Below, piece after piece: positions 14,501-28,648 of a stretch of 64,000 bases of DNA. Origin of the DNA: the human T2T-CHM13v2.0 reference genome, Homo sapiens. The translations under genes were made by a program, and so were the position numbers. The stretch lies in NCBI RefSeq assembly GCF_009914755.1, contig NC_060928.1. One strand, written 5' to 3'. Under the pieces are notes generated by a model. That model was not told where the DNA came from, did no database searches, and saw only the letters and a list, made by a program, of their open reading frames with translations. Every line of letters starts with the position of its first letter. Position 1 is the first letter of the stretch.

Positions 14501-17135
14501 AGGGTTTTTCATGTCTCTATCTTCTTCAGTTCTGTTCTGATCTTAGTTATTTCTTGTTTTCTACTAGCTTTTGAATTTGTTTGCTCTTGCTTCTCTAGTT
14601 CTTTTAATTGTGATGTTAGGGTGTTGATTTTAGATCTTTCCCACTTTCTCCTGTGGGCATTTAGTGCTATAAATTTCCCTCTTTAGCTGTGTCCCAGAAA
14701 TTCTGGTATGTTGTGTCTTTGTTCTCATTGGTTTCAAACAGCTTATTTATTTCTGCCTTAATTTTGTTATTTACCCAGTAGTCATTCAGGAGCAGGTTGT
14801 TCAGTTGCCATGTAGTTGTGCAGTTTTGAGTGAGTTTCTTAATCCTGAGTTCTAATTTGATTGCCCTGTTGTCTGAGAGACTTAGGATTTCCGTTCTTTT
14901 GCATTTGCTGAGGAGTGTTTTATTTCCAATTATGTGGTCGATTTTAGAATAAGTGTGATGTGGTGCTGAGAAGAATAAATATTCTGTTGACTTGCAGTGG
15001 AGAGTTCTGTAGACAGCTACTAGGTCTGCTTGGTCCAGAGCTGACAGCAATTCCTGAATATTAAATATTCCAGGAATATTTAAAATTCCTGTTAATTTTC
15101 TGTCCATTGATCTGTCTAATGTTGACAGTGGAGTGTTAATGTCTCCCACTATTATTGTGTAGGAATCTAAGTCTCTTTGTAGGTCTGTAAGAACTTGCTT
15201 TATGAATCTGGGTTCTCCTGTATTGGGTGCATACATATTCAGGATAGTTAGCTCTTCTGGTTGCATTGATCCCTTTACCACTATGTAATGCCCTTCTTTG
15301 TCTTTTTTTATCTTTGTTGGTTTAAAGTTTGTTTTATCAGAGACTAGGATTGCAACCCCTGAATTCTTTTGCTTTCCATTTGCTTGGTAAATATTCCTCC
15401 ATCCCTGCATTTTGAGCCTATGTGTGTCTTTGCACATGAGACGGTTCTCCTGAAAACAGCACACCGATGCATCTTGACTCTATCCAATTTGCCACTCTGT
15501 GTCTTTTAATTGGGGCATTTAGCTTGTTTACACTTAAGGTTAATATTATTATGTGTGAATTTGATCCTGTCATTATGATGATAGCTGCTTATTTTGCCCA
15601 TTAGTTGATGCGGTTTCTTCATAGTGTCGATGTTCTTTACAATTTGCAATGTTTTTGCAGTGGCTGGTACCAGTTTTTCCTTCCCATATTTAGTGCTTCC
15701 TTCAGAAGTTCTTGTAAGGCAGTCCTCGTAGTGACAAAATCTTTCGGCATTTGCTTCTCTGTAAAGGATTTTATTTTTCCTCGTTTTGGGAATTTTCAGC
15801 CTTTTTGTGCTGTTTTTTCCTCACTTACATGGATTTATCTACCTTTGGTATTAGATGTTGGTGACCTTCAGATGGGGTTTTTGGGTGGAAGTCCTTTTTG
15901 TTGATGTTGATGCTATTCCTTTCTGTTTGTTAGTTTTCCTTCTAACAGTCAGGCCCCTCTGTTGCAGGTCTGCTGGAGGTTCACTCCAGACCCCGTATGC
16001 CTTTGTATTACCAGGTGAGGCTGCAGAACAGCAAAGATTGCTGCCTTTTCCTTCCTCTGGAAGCTTCATCCCAGAGGGGCACCTGCCAGATGCCAGCTGG
16101 AGCTCTCCTGTATGAGATATCTGTTGATACCTGCTGGGAGGTGTCTCCCCGGCAGGAGGAACAAGGGTCAGGGACCCACTTGAGGAGGCAGTCTGTCCCT
16201 TAGCAGAGCTCGAGCTCTGTTCTGGGAGATCCCCTCCTCTCTTCAGAGCTGGCAGGCAGGAATGTTTAAGCCTGCTGAAGCTGCACCCACAGCCACGCCT
16301 TCCCCCAGGTGCTCTCTCCCAGGGATAGAGTAGTTTTATCTATGAGCCCCTGAGTGGGACTGCTGCCTTTCTTTCACAGATGCCCTGTCCAAAATGGAGG
16401 AATCTAGAGAGGCAGTCTGGCTACGGTGGTTTTGCTGAGCTGCAGCAGCCTCCACCAACTTCCCCGCGGCTTTGTTTACACTGTAAGGGTAAAACTGCCT
16501 ACTCAAGCCTCGGTAATAGTTGATGCCCCTCCCCCCACCAAGCTCGAGCATCCCAGGTCGACTTCAGACTGCTGTGCTGGCAGGGAGAATTTCAAACCAG
16601 TGAATCTTAGCTTGCTTGTCCCCATGGGGGTGGGATCCACTGAGCTAGACCACTTGGCTCCCTGGCTTCAGCCCCCTTTCCAGGGGAATGAATGGTTCTG
16701 TCTCACTTGCATTCCAAGTGCCACTGGGGTATGAGAAAAAAACTTCTGCAGCTAGCTCAGTGTCTGCCCAAACGGCCACCCAGTTTTGTGTTTGAAACCC
16801 AGGGCCCTGATGATGTAGGCACCCGAGGGAATCTCCTGGTCTGTGGGTTGCAAGGACCATGGGAAAAGCTTAGTATCTGGGGCCGGAATTCACCATTCCT
16901 CACAGCACAGTCCCTCATGGCTTCCCTTGGCTAGGGGAGGGAGTTCCCCAACCCCTTGTGGTTCCCAGGTGAGGTGACATTCCACCCTGCTTCAGCTCAC
17001 CCACTGTCTAACCAGTCCTAATGAGATAAGCTGGGTATCTCAGTTAGAAATGCAGAAATCACCTGCCTTCTGCATTGATCTCGCTGTGAGCTGCAGACCA
17101 GAGCTGTTCCTATTTGGCCATCTTGCCAGCCACCA
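11590..17135 (-). mobile_element. Near-full-length L1PA (about PA7) with an ORF1 deletion; inactive
   Basis: 5'UTR start (rc caagatggcc) near 17120; EN ORF 14667..15464; RT ORF 13316..13810; TSD tgaagtg(t/g)tttttt at 11573 and 17136. Confidence 0.93.
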
Positions 17136-20100
17136 TGAAGTGGTTTTTTAAGATGCTGACCATTTTAAAAAATTGATTTGTCTTTTTATTAGTGATTTGT
17201 AGGAGTTCTTTACATATTCTAGATACAAGCCTTTTGTAATGTAAATATATATTGCAAATATTTGTATTCTAAGAAATATTGGCCCACCTCAAATTGTGAA
17301 AATATTACCCTATGTTTACGTCTAGGTGATTTACAGGTCTAGGATTCATCTAGAATTAATTTTTGTATATGGTTTGTGGTGGGATTTAGGTTAATTTTTT
17401 TCCACATATGGATATCCAGTTGTTTCAGCAATGTTTTTTGAAAAGATTCTTTTGCTGACTGTACATGTTTATTTCTGGACTTTATTCTATTAGACTGAGT
17501 TATTTGTCTTTTCCTATACCCATATCATACTGCCTTGATTACTGTAGCTTTATTGTCTTGATATTGATAGTACACATTCTTTAATTTTGTTCTTTTTCAA
17601 AGTGTTTATCGACCCTTCTAATCATTTTGCATTTCTATGTAAATTTTAGAATAAACATCTCCATTTCTAAAAAAATGGCTGCTCAAATTTTTAATGCAGT
17701 AATATTGAATCTTAGAGAGTAGCTTATCAAATATTGAATTATCTAATCCATGAATATAGTATATCTTGCCATTTAGGTTTTTTTTCAGTGATATTTTGTG
17801 GGTTTTAATGTAAAGGTCTCATACTTTTTACATATGAAATTTACTCAAAATTATTTTATAATTGTTAGTGTTATGAAGATTATTTTGTTTCACTTATAAA
17901 TTTTTATTGCTAGTATATAAATGCAGAATTTATATTTGTGTATTACTTTGTACCTATAATCATACTTACCTCTTGTTTCAAGTACCTCTTTGGTAGAGTC
18001 TTCAGACTTTTCTAAATAAAAATTCACATTGCAAATAAAAATAGGTAACTTCTTCCTTTATAATATTTAGGGGTTTCATTTATCTTTCTTAGTCTAATTT
18101 GCTAAGACCTCTATTACAATGTTAAATACAAGTGATAAGAGGAGATATTTTTGTCCTGTTCACAACCTGATAAAAAATGCTCACTACCTTACCATGAGGT
18201 ACAATTTTAACTAGAGGTTTATTCCCCATTCCTTATACACTGAAGAATGTCCTGAAGTGAACAGCTGTATTACAGCTGTTTTAATGTGGATCTCACCCAG
18301 CACGGTTTTCTTTTTACAGAGCTTGAATATCTACTCTTTGTTTCTTTTCAATGCCTTCAATTATGATTAATCTTATCAAGAGGGTAGTCCAATGCAAGCT
18401 ACTCCGCCATTAATGACAGCTTTCATTGCATATATAATTTCAATCATTATACTCTTAATTTCTTATTAGATGCTTTGTTAGTTTCCTTCCATATCTGTTA
18501 GATCTTTTTTGAGTTTCTGATCCTTGCTCATTTTTTAACCCTCTCTTAGTTTTAAAACATATTAGATGTATTTATTTTATAGTCTGTATCTGATTACTCC
18601 AATAAATGAGGCACTTATGTGTCTGCTTCTGCTCTTTTTGTTTCTGGAAATGAATGCCTATGGTAGCTTTTTTCCTCATACATTCATGTTTTTTAATGCT
18701 GGCTTATGTTCCCTAGAACTTTAGATCCAGTAGTTCTTTGTGTCCTGAGTTGAGAGTATATTCTTCCAGAAAGAATATACATTGATTCTTGGGAACTTGG
18801 GCATGCCACCAACATAGATTCATTTCATTTAAATTCTTGCTTAGATTTTTCCATCCTTGAAGACTGGGCACCCAACCTCCACTAAGACCAACCTGTGGCC
18901 AAGAATTCTTAGGGATAGGTTTCTATTCCTCTACCAAGAGCCAATAATGAGAAAAGCATGTTTCTTTGCATGTAATCTGTCATTACAAATTTGATATTTT
19001 TTTCTTGTTTCCTATTTCTCCAGCAGTTTAATGTATGTGATTCCTGGTTTCATGCAATGTTCTCTGATTCACCTACCCACACTACATAAGTCCAACGCTT
19101 GGTCTCCTGTTCCCAGAGGGCACAGCTACTAAAATCAAACCTCTAGACCACCTAGGATTGCTAGGTGCATGTAAGATGGCAGCTTCAATGTGTGATTTCC
19201 ACCAGATACTGCTGCTCAAGTTTGATTTCAAACCCCAGAGGAATTCTCATGTTGTCTTATAAACTCAGCCATATATTTAATACTGCTTCTCATGTTTCAT
19301 CCAGTAGACATTTTGTAGTAAGAGGATTTCAAGGTACATAGTTTAATTCATAGCTAGAAATTGAAATATTTAATATTCACTTTTTAATCACTGAAGGCTA
19401 TAGTTCTTACTCTTTGTTTAGCTGATTGGCAAATGAATTAGCAGAATGGATAACAGCAGTTATTTATTGACCTCTATGCCTACACATGTGAAATATGTTT
19501 TTTTTAAAAAAAAGCATCTCTATGCCTATACATGTGAAATATATAGCTATTTTTTTTTAAAAATAGCTTTTTAAGAAAAATCAGTTATGAGAAAAAAGAG
19601 ATGGAGCTACTGAATTGTCTGCATCCCTCATGTTGGTTCTACTTTTACAATATTCCAAAGAGTTTCTGTAAAGAGATGTAGGAGGCATAACCAATGAAGG
19701 AATTGTGAAGAACAGAAGTGATTGGGGTCCTGTGTTAGTACCTCACCAGTTCTCAAAGCTATCTTTCATGGATAAAATAAAGCTTGAATGATTAAAAGTG
19801 TTTCTTGGAAGTTAGCCAGATTTCACATGAAAGGGCTTTTATTTTACTCTTTTACCACAGAGAAAAATATCTTAGCATTTACACATAATAAATTTAATTC
19901 ATGTGGCTGAATTATACAACTATAACATGTGGGTGATGAAACCTATCTAACCTATCTTACAGATTGTTAAATAGGTTAATTGTAAAAGGTTTAGCATAGT
20001 AGCTTTAAATATAGTAACTGCCCATTAAATGCGAGCTATTTTTATTTCCTTTTATAAAAATTCTGAAGTGAGAAACTTTTAATATCTTTGTAAATGTTAA

Positions 20101-20855
20101 GTTCAGAAATGGTTTAACGTCCTTGAAGTAAAAATGGACTCAGGTAAAAGCTTGGGTTCCCCATTCTAATGGGGTTCCTTCCCGAGGCCCAAGGCGCCTT
20201 GCTTTCTCCTCAGTTGTGACTGTCCAGTCTATTATAGCTTCTCACTGAAAGCAGTTTATGTGACTAATAGTAATTTTTTCTTTAGTGTAGCATGCAAAGG
20301 AGTCATATTAGGGACCAGCAGATTACAAAGATGGACAGCCAGGAAAGTCTGTGTCCTCAAGAAACCTGTACTCTAGGATTGTGATGTTAAACCCTGGGGC
20401 CCCAGTATCATCACCTCAAAATATTTCAAGAAAACTACTAAAGTCTCTATGTTTATCTTCTCTTTATATATACACAGTGGATATCTTGGGGTAGAAATCA
20501 TATTATCTTCTTTTATTATTCCTTATAGCCACTCCCTATGTATAGCAAGAATCAATTTAAAAATAGTTAAAATTATTAAAAATTAAACAAAAATACTGAT
20601 AAAATCCAATTTTAAAGGCATTCTATTATGTGAACCTTCAGTAGGAGTCACAAATATGGTTAAACATTAAATCCTTAGGTCAAAAATAATGTACTCATAA
20701 CATTGCTCCCAGTATTGTCGGGAAATGTCAAAGGCCATACTGCCAAAGAGAGAATAACAGCTGCACTAAAATTAAAAAGAAAATTGCAACTAGAACACAA
20801 CTTTTGCCAGGGGAAATATCTCATATGAGACTGTAAGTGAGAAAAGTTGTCTTAC

Positions 20856-20997
20856 CAATTTAAGGTAACCCTCAGCATCTAGAATTAAGTTTTCTGGTTT
20901 CAAGTCTCTGTAGATAATACCTAGTCGATGCAGGTAATCAAATGCTTCTGTCACACAAGCAACGCAGAATTTGGAGGTGGGTTCATCAAAGCTGCCT
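20856..20997 (-). CDS. PRKG2: PRKG2 coding exon (exon 14), kinase catalytic loop
   Basis: gttgcag|AGGCAGC...TAAATTG|gtaaga; 142 nt; [47 protein letters not shown]; I found no next exon (VDFG...) in 1-20855. Confidence 0.97.
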
Positions 20998-21954
20998 CTG
21001 CAACGAAATCATTTTCCCTCTTAATACTTTGGATACACATCTTTGGTGCTGTTCTACGTGTCAAATCAATTATTGGATTGGCAGGTTTATGCAATATAAA
21101 TATTTTGCAGGGTATCAACAATAAAATGTATTTTATACTACCCATGAATTAAGCTGTTTGCAGATCATAAAGCAATTCAGGGAGATATGTGATACAAACA
21201 AGAACTACTTCACTAAAATTAAAATATCAACAACTGTTTTTGGTAATCACACATGGACATGTAAAAGAGAAAAATCCAAAAACAAAGATTTTCTTTAGAC
21301 ACCCATCACAAACTCTGGAGAAAATGCTACTATAGTGGAGAGCTTGAACCAGACTTTTGCAACTTATTGCTTGACTTAAAAATGACTCAAGTGATTATTT
21401 TCATTTCCTGTTTGCATAGCACGTCAGAGTAACCCCCGTAAAAATGGAATCATAAGTCTTTTCTGTTTGGGGCCCCTTGATCTTTTATTAAAGTCCCCTC
21501 TGTCAGCACTGTGTGTAGTTTTACAGACTGGATTTTTTTTTTTTAATGCAGTGGTGATTTGCCACATGATCTCACAGAGAAACATGGCTTTGGAGTGACA
21601 GAAACTGGGTTTGACTCCTGTTTCTTTCACTCACTATATCCTTGAGAAAGTTGTTTAACTGTTCTGAGGCTCAGAATCCATATCAGTAAAAAAGGTTTGA
21701 TACTCACTTAAAAGCATTTTCAGGATTAAGCACAGTGCCTAACAGGTAGCAGTAACTCCCTTTTCTAAAATGATTTAGATTTTCTCAACAAATTTGCCTA
21801 TTGAAGCAAAGATAGAAGACGCTAATGCATTTGCAGGTATCACAAAAGTCTCCTCACCCTTCCAGGTTCTCCCCATTCAAATCTGTCCAATGAAATGTTC
21901 ATGATACAACACATTCATCTTCTACTCAGATGCTCAATGTTCTTTCCTTGCCTA

Positions 21955-22135
21955 AGTCAGTGATTCTGAACCATAAATGCACATTAAAATTGCCTGAGAA
22001 GCATTTAAAAAATCGTTTACTGGACCCCATCCCAGATTAAATGAATCATAACCTCTGGCATTAGGGCCCAGCATTTTTACTTTGTAAAAGCTTTCCACGT
22101 GAATGCAATGTGTGGCCAACTTTGAAAAACACTGG
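21955..22135. mobile_element. MER5-like hAT-Charlie fossil
   Basis: cagtgattctgaacc...ggaccccatcccagatt...ctttgaaaaacactg; similar copies near 50285-50450 and 56180-56350. Confidence 0.6.
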
Positions 22136-23093
22136 CACAGGTCTGACTGTAAATATGTGGCCTTGCATCAACTCCCACAATCTAACGCCAACCCACGTTC
22201 TCATGTCTTCTGTTGCCCTTAACTTCTACCCAAATTCTTCTGTTCACCATCCACAGAGAGACATAATACTACCCCAACTTCCCTGCTTTGTCTTAAAGCA
22301 GTTTCCCTGCCTCTCTGCCTTTCCAAATTTGGGTCATGTTTAGAGTTTAATTCGAATCCTTCCTCTATCATCACATTCTCTCTCTCTCCCCTCCTCGGAG
22401 CTCACCATCTACGACACTATTTGGCATTTAACTACAAATTTCCAACTTCTTTGTCATCACTTAGTTTTCTCACTAAACAATGAAATGTTTTAAAACTGTA
22501 TACCTAATCTCCCAAGGAAACTCTAAACTCATTAGAGGTAAAGTTTCTACTTTTTACTCTTTTGGTTAGAAAAGTACACACTGTCTAGAGCGTCTCCTCC
22601 TGACCCCCACCGTGCACTATGAAGCCTTTTACATAGGTGGTGCTTAGTAAATATCTATGATTTTAATTGTGCAAAAATCACCCCCTTGTGTAAAACTGAA
22701 TCTTCGCAGGCATCTTGCTCTGCTTTTCAGTGAGGGCTTACCCACTCCCCACCCCCACCTTTGTTTATCACACTGCTTCTGCTAGGAGATTTGGAATCAG
22801 AAACACCTGGGTTTTTACCCTGACTCTGCTTTATACTAGTCATGTAACCTGGGATAGTTCACCTCCTCTCTAGTCTGGGATTCTTTACTTCCTAAAACAG
22901 AGATGACAACAACTACCTTACGTGGTGTTACGGCACTATTGTAGCATTAGCCAAGACAATATCACTATTACTACTTTATTTTATCAAGGGATATTTTGTT
23001 ATAATAATTTCCTAATGATTTCCTCTATGCCTTTTTTAATGATTATAAATATAGCCCTTAGGCCAGATGTGAGTATACAAACTTTTTCATTAC

Positions 23094-23183
23094 CTGTCCC
23101 TTAATATACTCCAGAGCTCCCCACCTAAGCAGGCCTCCAGAAGCATGTATACATACTTATTGTCCTTGAAAGTACGATATAAT
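23094..23183 (-). CDS. PRKG2: PRKG2 coding exon (exon 13), kinase hinge
   Basis: ttcacag|ATTATAT...GGGACAG|gtaatg; 90 nt; [29 protein letters not shown](R). Confidence 0.96.
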
Positions 23184-23619
23184 CTGTGAAGACAGATAAA
23201 AACATGGTTATTATTGGAAATCTAGTTTAAAAACCTTTTTAAAGTTGCTTAGAACTATCATCATAACATTAGGAACAATGATACTCATCTCCATATAAAT
23301 ACCCCACAACTACACTGGGCTTCTCGCCAAATCCTCTTTGATTTCCCCACTGCCTTGCTTCTGCTCCTGTGGATCTCACTTAGATTGGCCTTTCTCTAAC
23401 CACAGACTGAACTTCTTAATCTCAGTTTTACCGTAAAAATGTTATCCATTCTTCAGGGCCAACCTCCAAGGCCATCTTTTTAACAAAACATCTCATTATC
23501 CCACCTACCAAATATGTCCTCTCCTTTTTCCAAAACCTTAGAGACCTCTGAATATGTCACCTTTAAGATTTGCCTTGCATAGTAGTTATTCATGTCAATG
23601 TCTTATATCCCCTAGTTGG

Positions 23620-23970
23620 TTAATTGATGTTGGATTCCCCTGGAAATAGACTCTGAGACTGAAATTTGCAAGCAATCAGATTAGTGGGGAGTGCAATTGG
23701 AAACAACACCTGTGGGGAAGGGAGGAAGTAGAATTGGGCTATGTTTTAGTTTCGACAAAAGCCTCAGCTTCAAGAGGCTCTGCAGTTGTTGGATGCATGT
23801 CCCCAAAGAGAGAGTATGATCTTGAGCAAGGTGGTTCTCTTCACCAAATAAAAACAAAAACCAATGCCCAGAGAGGGACTGAGCTAGTCCTCAGCTGACA
23901 ACCACACTCCTTGAAGCTGGGGGAATGGGGGCCTCAGTTCCGAAGCGGGACGTAGGCAGGGCATCACATT
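23620..23970 (-). mobile_element. ERVL LTR (LTR16-like) fragment
   Basis: ttcccctggaaatagactctgagactgaaatttgc...aacaacacctgtgggga motif; family from recall. Confidence 0.5.
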
Positions 23971-25186
23971 TCAACCTTGTGTAAAAGCAGTTTTGGGGCC
24001 TTAATCATCAAGAGACCCCCTTTTCTCCCTAGCACCACATCCAGACCAAAGCAGACAGTAGAACAGCCGTATCATACACAGATAGAAGAAGCAATCAGGT
24101 AAAGTGGTTCAAAGGGTGGGCTCTGAACCAAGCTGCCAAGGCTTGAATCCAGATCAGACATTTATTAGCTATGCAACTTCTGTCTTCTCATTGTTTCTCA
24201 ATGAACATATATATTCATTTTACTCTATACAGATTACATATTATTATGTATATTATTGATATATATTCATTGAAAAAAAAATATCCATTTTATTCTAATT
24301 GACCAGTGAGATAAATGTGTTGATTATCTATACATATAGATATAGCTTAGAACAGCACCTGGTGTATGTTAATTTCTCAATAAATGTTGTCATTAATATT
24401 TATTCTTCATATTATTGCCTGACTACATGCCAGGCACTTTGGAAAGAGTTGAAAATAAGACAATGAATGCAATCTAATCCATGCCCTGAAGCTGCTCATC
24501 ATAGCTTGTTAACAAAATATTAATTTTAAAAGTGCATCCATTCTGGGAACGTAATATAAAGATAATTGGATGACTCTCTATTGCCAGCACTGCCTGGGTT
24601 CAAACTTCTTTGTTGATCTTGGGGAAAAAAGTGGGTCTGGAAAGATGGATAGGGAGAAAGAGTCTTTTAAAGCATTTGATCAAAAAGCATAAATTCTAGT
24701 CATTGCAGGGATATTTTACATTACCCAGAAATCACTAAAACTACACTCTGGGGCATTATAACATATATGAAAGCATAAGATGGCTTACACCCCTACCCAT
24801 GAATTCACAAGGATAGAAAGCTGTGGTCTATAATAATTAATATTTCTTCTGCAAACTCTTGTGACAGCTACAGAAAGAATAACTATTAGAAGATGGATGT
24901 TTTGGTACCTAGCTACTACTAGGACCAGGGTACATTCCCCCTTGGCTTCCCACATGTGCCCAAATGCTGCCTTCTGCAGAAATTCAAGATCAGGATGCTC
25001 TCTGAGGAGTTTCACACAAATCCTTGCTTCCCTAGTCCCCAATTCTGCATTAAGTCTGAATAAAATAACCAGTTCAAACTATTCCTCAATAATTTTATAT
25101 TCATATATACATATACACACATACTCAAACACACATATATATATACGCACACACATTTTTGTGATGTTTACTCAAGAATAAAAACA

Positions 25187-25504
<318 letters not shown>

Positions 25505-25649
25505 TCAAAACAACTGGAAAACATCTGACCCCAGATCTCAAACTTCTAACATTTTTAGTACTGTTGCTGTGACTGGGTTGGAGAATCCAGAGTGGGGCCT
25601 CCTCCACCTCTTCTTTCTGTCATCTTGCATGGAAAGTTTAAAACAAGAG

Positions 25650-26170
25650 CCGAGTACTACTCAACCATACAAAAAAAATGAGATTCTGTCATTTGTAACA
25701 ACATGGATGGAACTGGAGGTCGTTATGTTATGTGAAATAAGCCAGACAGAGAAAGACAAACATCACACGTTCTCACTTATTTGTGGGATCTAGAAATCAA
25801 AGCAATTGAATTCATGGAGATAGAGAATAGAGGAGTGGTTACCAGAGCCTGGGAAAGGTAGTGGGGAGACATGCAGGAAGGGGAGATGGTTAATGGGTAC
25901 AAAATAAAATAGAAAGAAAGAATAAGATCTAGCAATTGATAGCACAACAGGGGCATCATAGTAACAATTTAATTGGACATTGTAAAATAACTAAAATAGT
26001 ATAAGTAGATTGTTTGTAACACAAAGGATAAATGCTCAAGGGGATGGATACCCCATTTTCCATGCTGTAATTATGCATTGCATGCCTGTATCAAAACATT
26101 TCATGTACCCCATAAATATATATGCCTACTATGTACCCACAAAAATTAAAAATAAAAATAAAAATAATTT
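25650..26170 (+). mobile_element. L1MA 3' end
   Basis: ORF2 C-terminus (NEILSFVTTWMELEVVML) plus 3'UTR and A tail. Confidence 0.85.
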
Positions 26171-26233
26171 AAGTAAATACATAAATAAAGAGCCTGAAAA
26201 TCCTAACTCCTTGGAAGCCAAGTGGTCACTTAC

Positions 26234-26370
26234 TTCACAATGAATGGAGAGCACAGCTCCTCTAGGATCCTCTTCTCTGAGTAGACATGCTCCTGCTGCT
26301 TGGTGTCAACTATGTGCTTCTTCCTTATACACTTCATAGCAAAAGCAACATTCTCATTTTTTACTTTAAC
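26234..26370 (-). CDS. PRKG2: PRKG2 coding exon (exon 12), kinase catalytic Lys and alphaC
   Basis: tacatag|GTTAAAG...TTGTGAA|gtaagt; 137 nt; VKVKNENVAFAMKCIRKKHIVDTKQQEHVYSEKRILEELCSPFIV(K). Confidence 0.96.
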
Positions 26371-26708
26371 CTATGTAAGAAATGGAAAGATACCTCAAAA
26401 TTAACTTATATCTATATAAAACACACTAATCAATGAGAGTTAAAACTGTTTCATGTTTAATTAGTATGGAAGCCCTTAGCCACTTATCCCTTTGAGAACT
26501 TTCATTCAAGTGTACACACTTCCCTTTCATCACTATTTCTAGAATAGTTCATCTATCTGGGATGTGGCTCTAAAATTTTTGTATTAAAGCAAAATAAAAT
26601 TCTGTTAGACTTAATATTTAGATAGCTATTCTATTTTTAATTGGGTGACATTAAAAACTTTGACTAGAATTGCCTTTTTTTATTATTCACTTTGCTTTCA
26701 AAGCAAGA

Positions 26709-27225
<517 letters not shown>

Positions 27226-28494
27226 TGCACGATCAAGTATTTCCTAAAAAGGAAATAAACATTTTAAAATAATTTTTTGATAGATTTAAAACTCCATAAG
27301 CAGACTATGCTAGATAAGTAACTACATTGTGCAGAAATGGCTGCACTCCATATTTTGCTCATGTTTGCCATTAGTGCTGCCCATGACTTTTAAATCAATG
27401 GTGGATTTACTGCTTCAATTATTATTAGAAAACAGATCTCAGCTTTGTTAATTGAATCCTTTTGCCACAAACTTTGACGAAAAATACCACTGCAGACAGG
27501 TATTATCTTTATCTCTCCATAAGGTATAAGAGACATTACACACATTATTTATCCTAAGGAACATCTGTCCCTGCCCCCATCAGAGATGAAGCAAGGACTG
27601 GGTCTGAAGTGTACTGTCCAGACTCCCCTGACAGCATTTCAAATCTGCTCATGCCCAAAGCCAGCCAGCAGACCAACAGGTCAGCAGAGTTCCCAGAAGA
27701 TAAGGTATGGTGAATCCTTAAAAATCTGATGGGCAAAGAAGGACTCGGTAATTGCCAAGGCCTCAGAGCCATCTGTACCCAGTAAGGCCACAGATCTCTA
27801 TTCCACATTTTCCTTAGAATACTTGTTTGACAGTACCACTTTTGCTACTCCTTGGAAGCTGATAGCTCAGAAAGAGGGTGATGTGGAAGGCACAACTAAA
27901 ATCAGGCTGTAAGTTCCCAGATATCCTGATCAACACTACAGAAGGCTTCTCTTCAAATATTCCCTTTCATTCATCTTCTTTTCTTTTCTCACAATACGAA
28001 ATTTTGAGCAACCCAAAAACAAAATAATGAAGGTGAAATACAGACATGGTACTGGAGTTGTTTAAAGAACACAACTATAACATTGAATATTTCACCTCTA
28101 TGGCATTTTCACTTGACACATTCTTCTTTTCTTCAGTGTATAGAGACTAAATGTGTCATGAATGTATATAGACACGCATTTGCTGTTAGAAAATACATTA
28201 TTTTATGTTTCCTTTTGGACGTGCTTACTTAGTATATTGATAATCATCGAGAAGAAAATTCACAAAAGACGTGATGTAAGCTTGAACTAGCAGTTGATTA
28301 TTACAAGTTACTTACTAGCACAGACCTGCTACTATACAATATACAGAGTGAAAAGTTTACTTTCTCAATTTCAGTTCAAAGCAACATTTAAGATAGCAGT
28401 AACAATTCATATATTCCTCCAAGATATGCTGGAATATAAAACAAAAAAAAAGTCAAAAGGCTTCTCTCAGATGCTTGAAACGTAAACCCCTTAC

Positions 28495-28648
28495 AAGCTC
28501 AACTCTTCCGAACCCACCAACGCCCAGTGTTGCAATAATCTCAAGGTTCTGGAATGGGGATGATGAGGAAAATCTGGCCACCTTCTCCTTCAGCTGAATC
28601 ATTTCCAGAGAGAGTGCTTTGGACAGCTTCCAGTTAGACATGGACCGC
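28495..28648 (-). CDS. PRKG2: PRKG2 coding exon (exon 11), kinase N-lobe Gly-rich loop
   Basis: tgtacag|GCGGTCC...TGAGCTT|gtaagg; 154 nt; RSMSNWKLSKALSLEMIQLKEKVARFSSSSPFQNLEIIATLGVGGFGRVEL (GxGxxG). Confidence 0.97.

Noticed and set aside
20928-21152. Three overlapping ORFs at exon 14
   Set aside because: Antisense or alternative-frame shadows of the real exon
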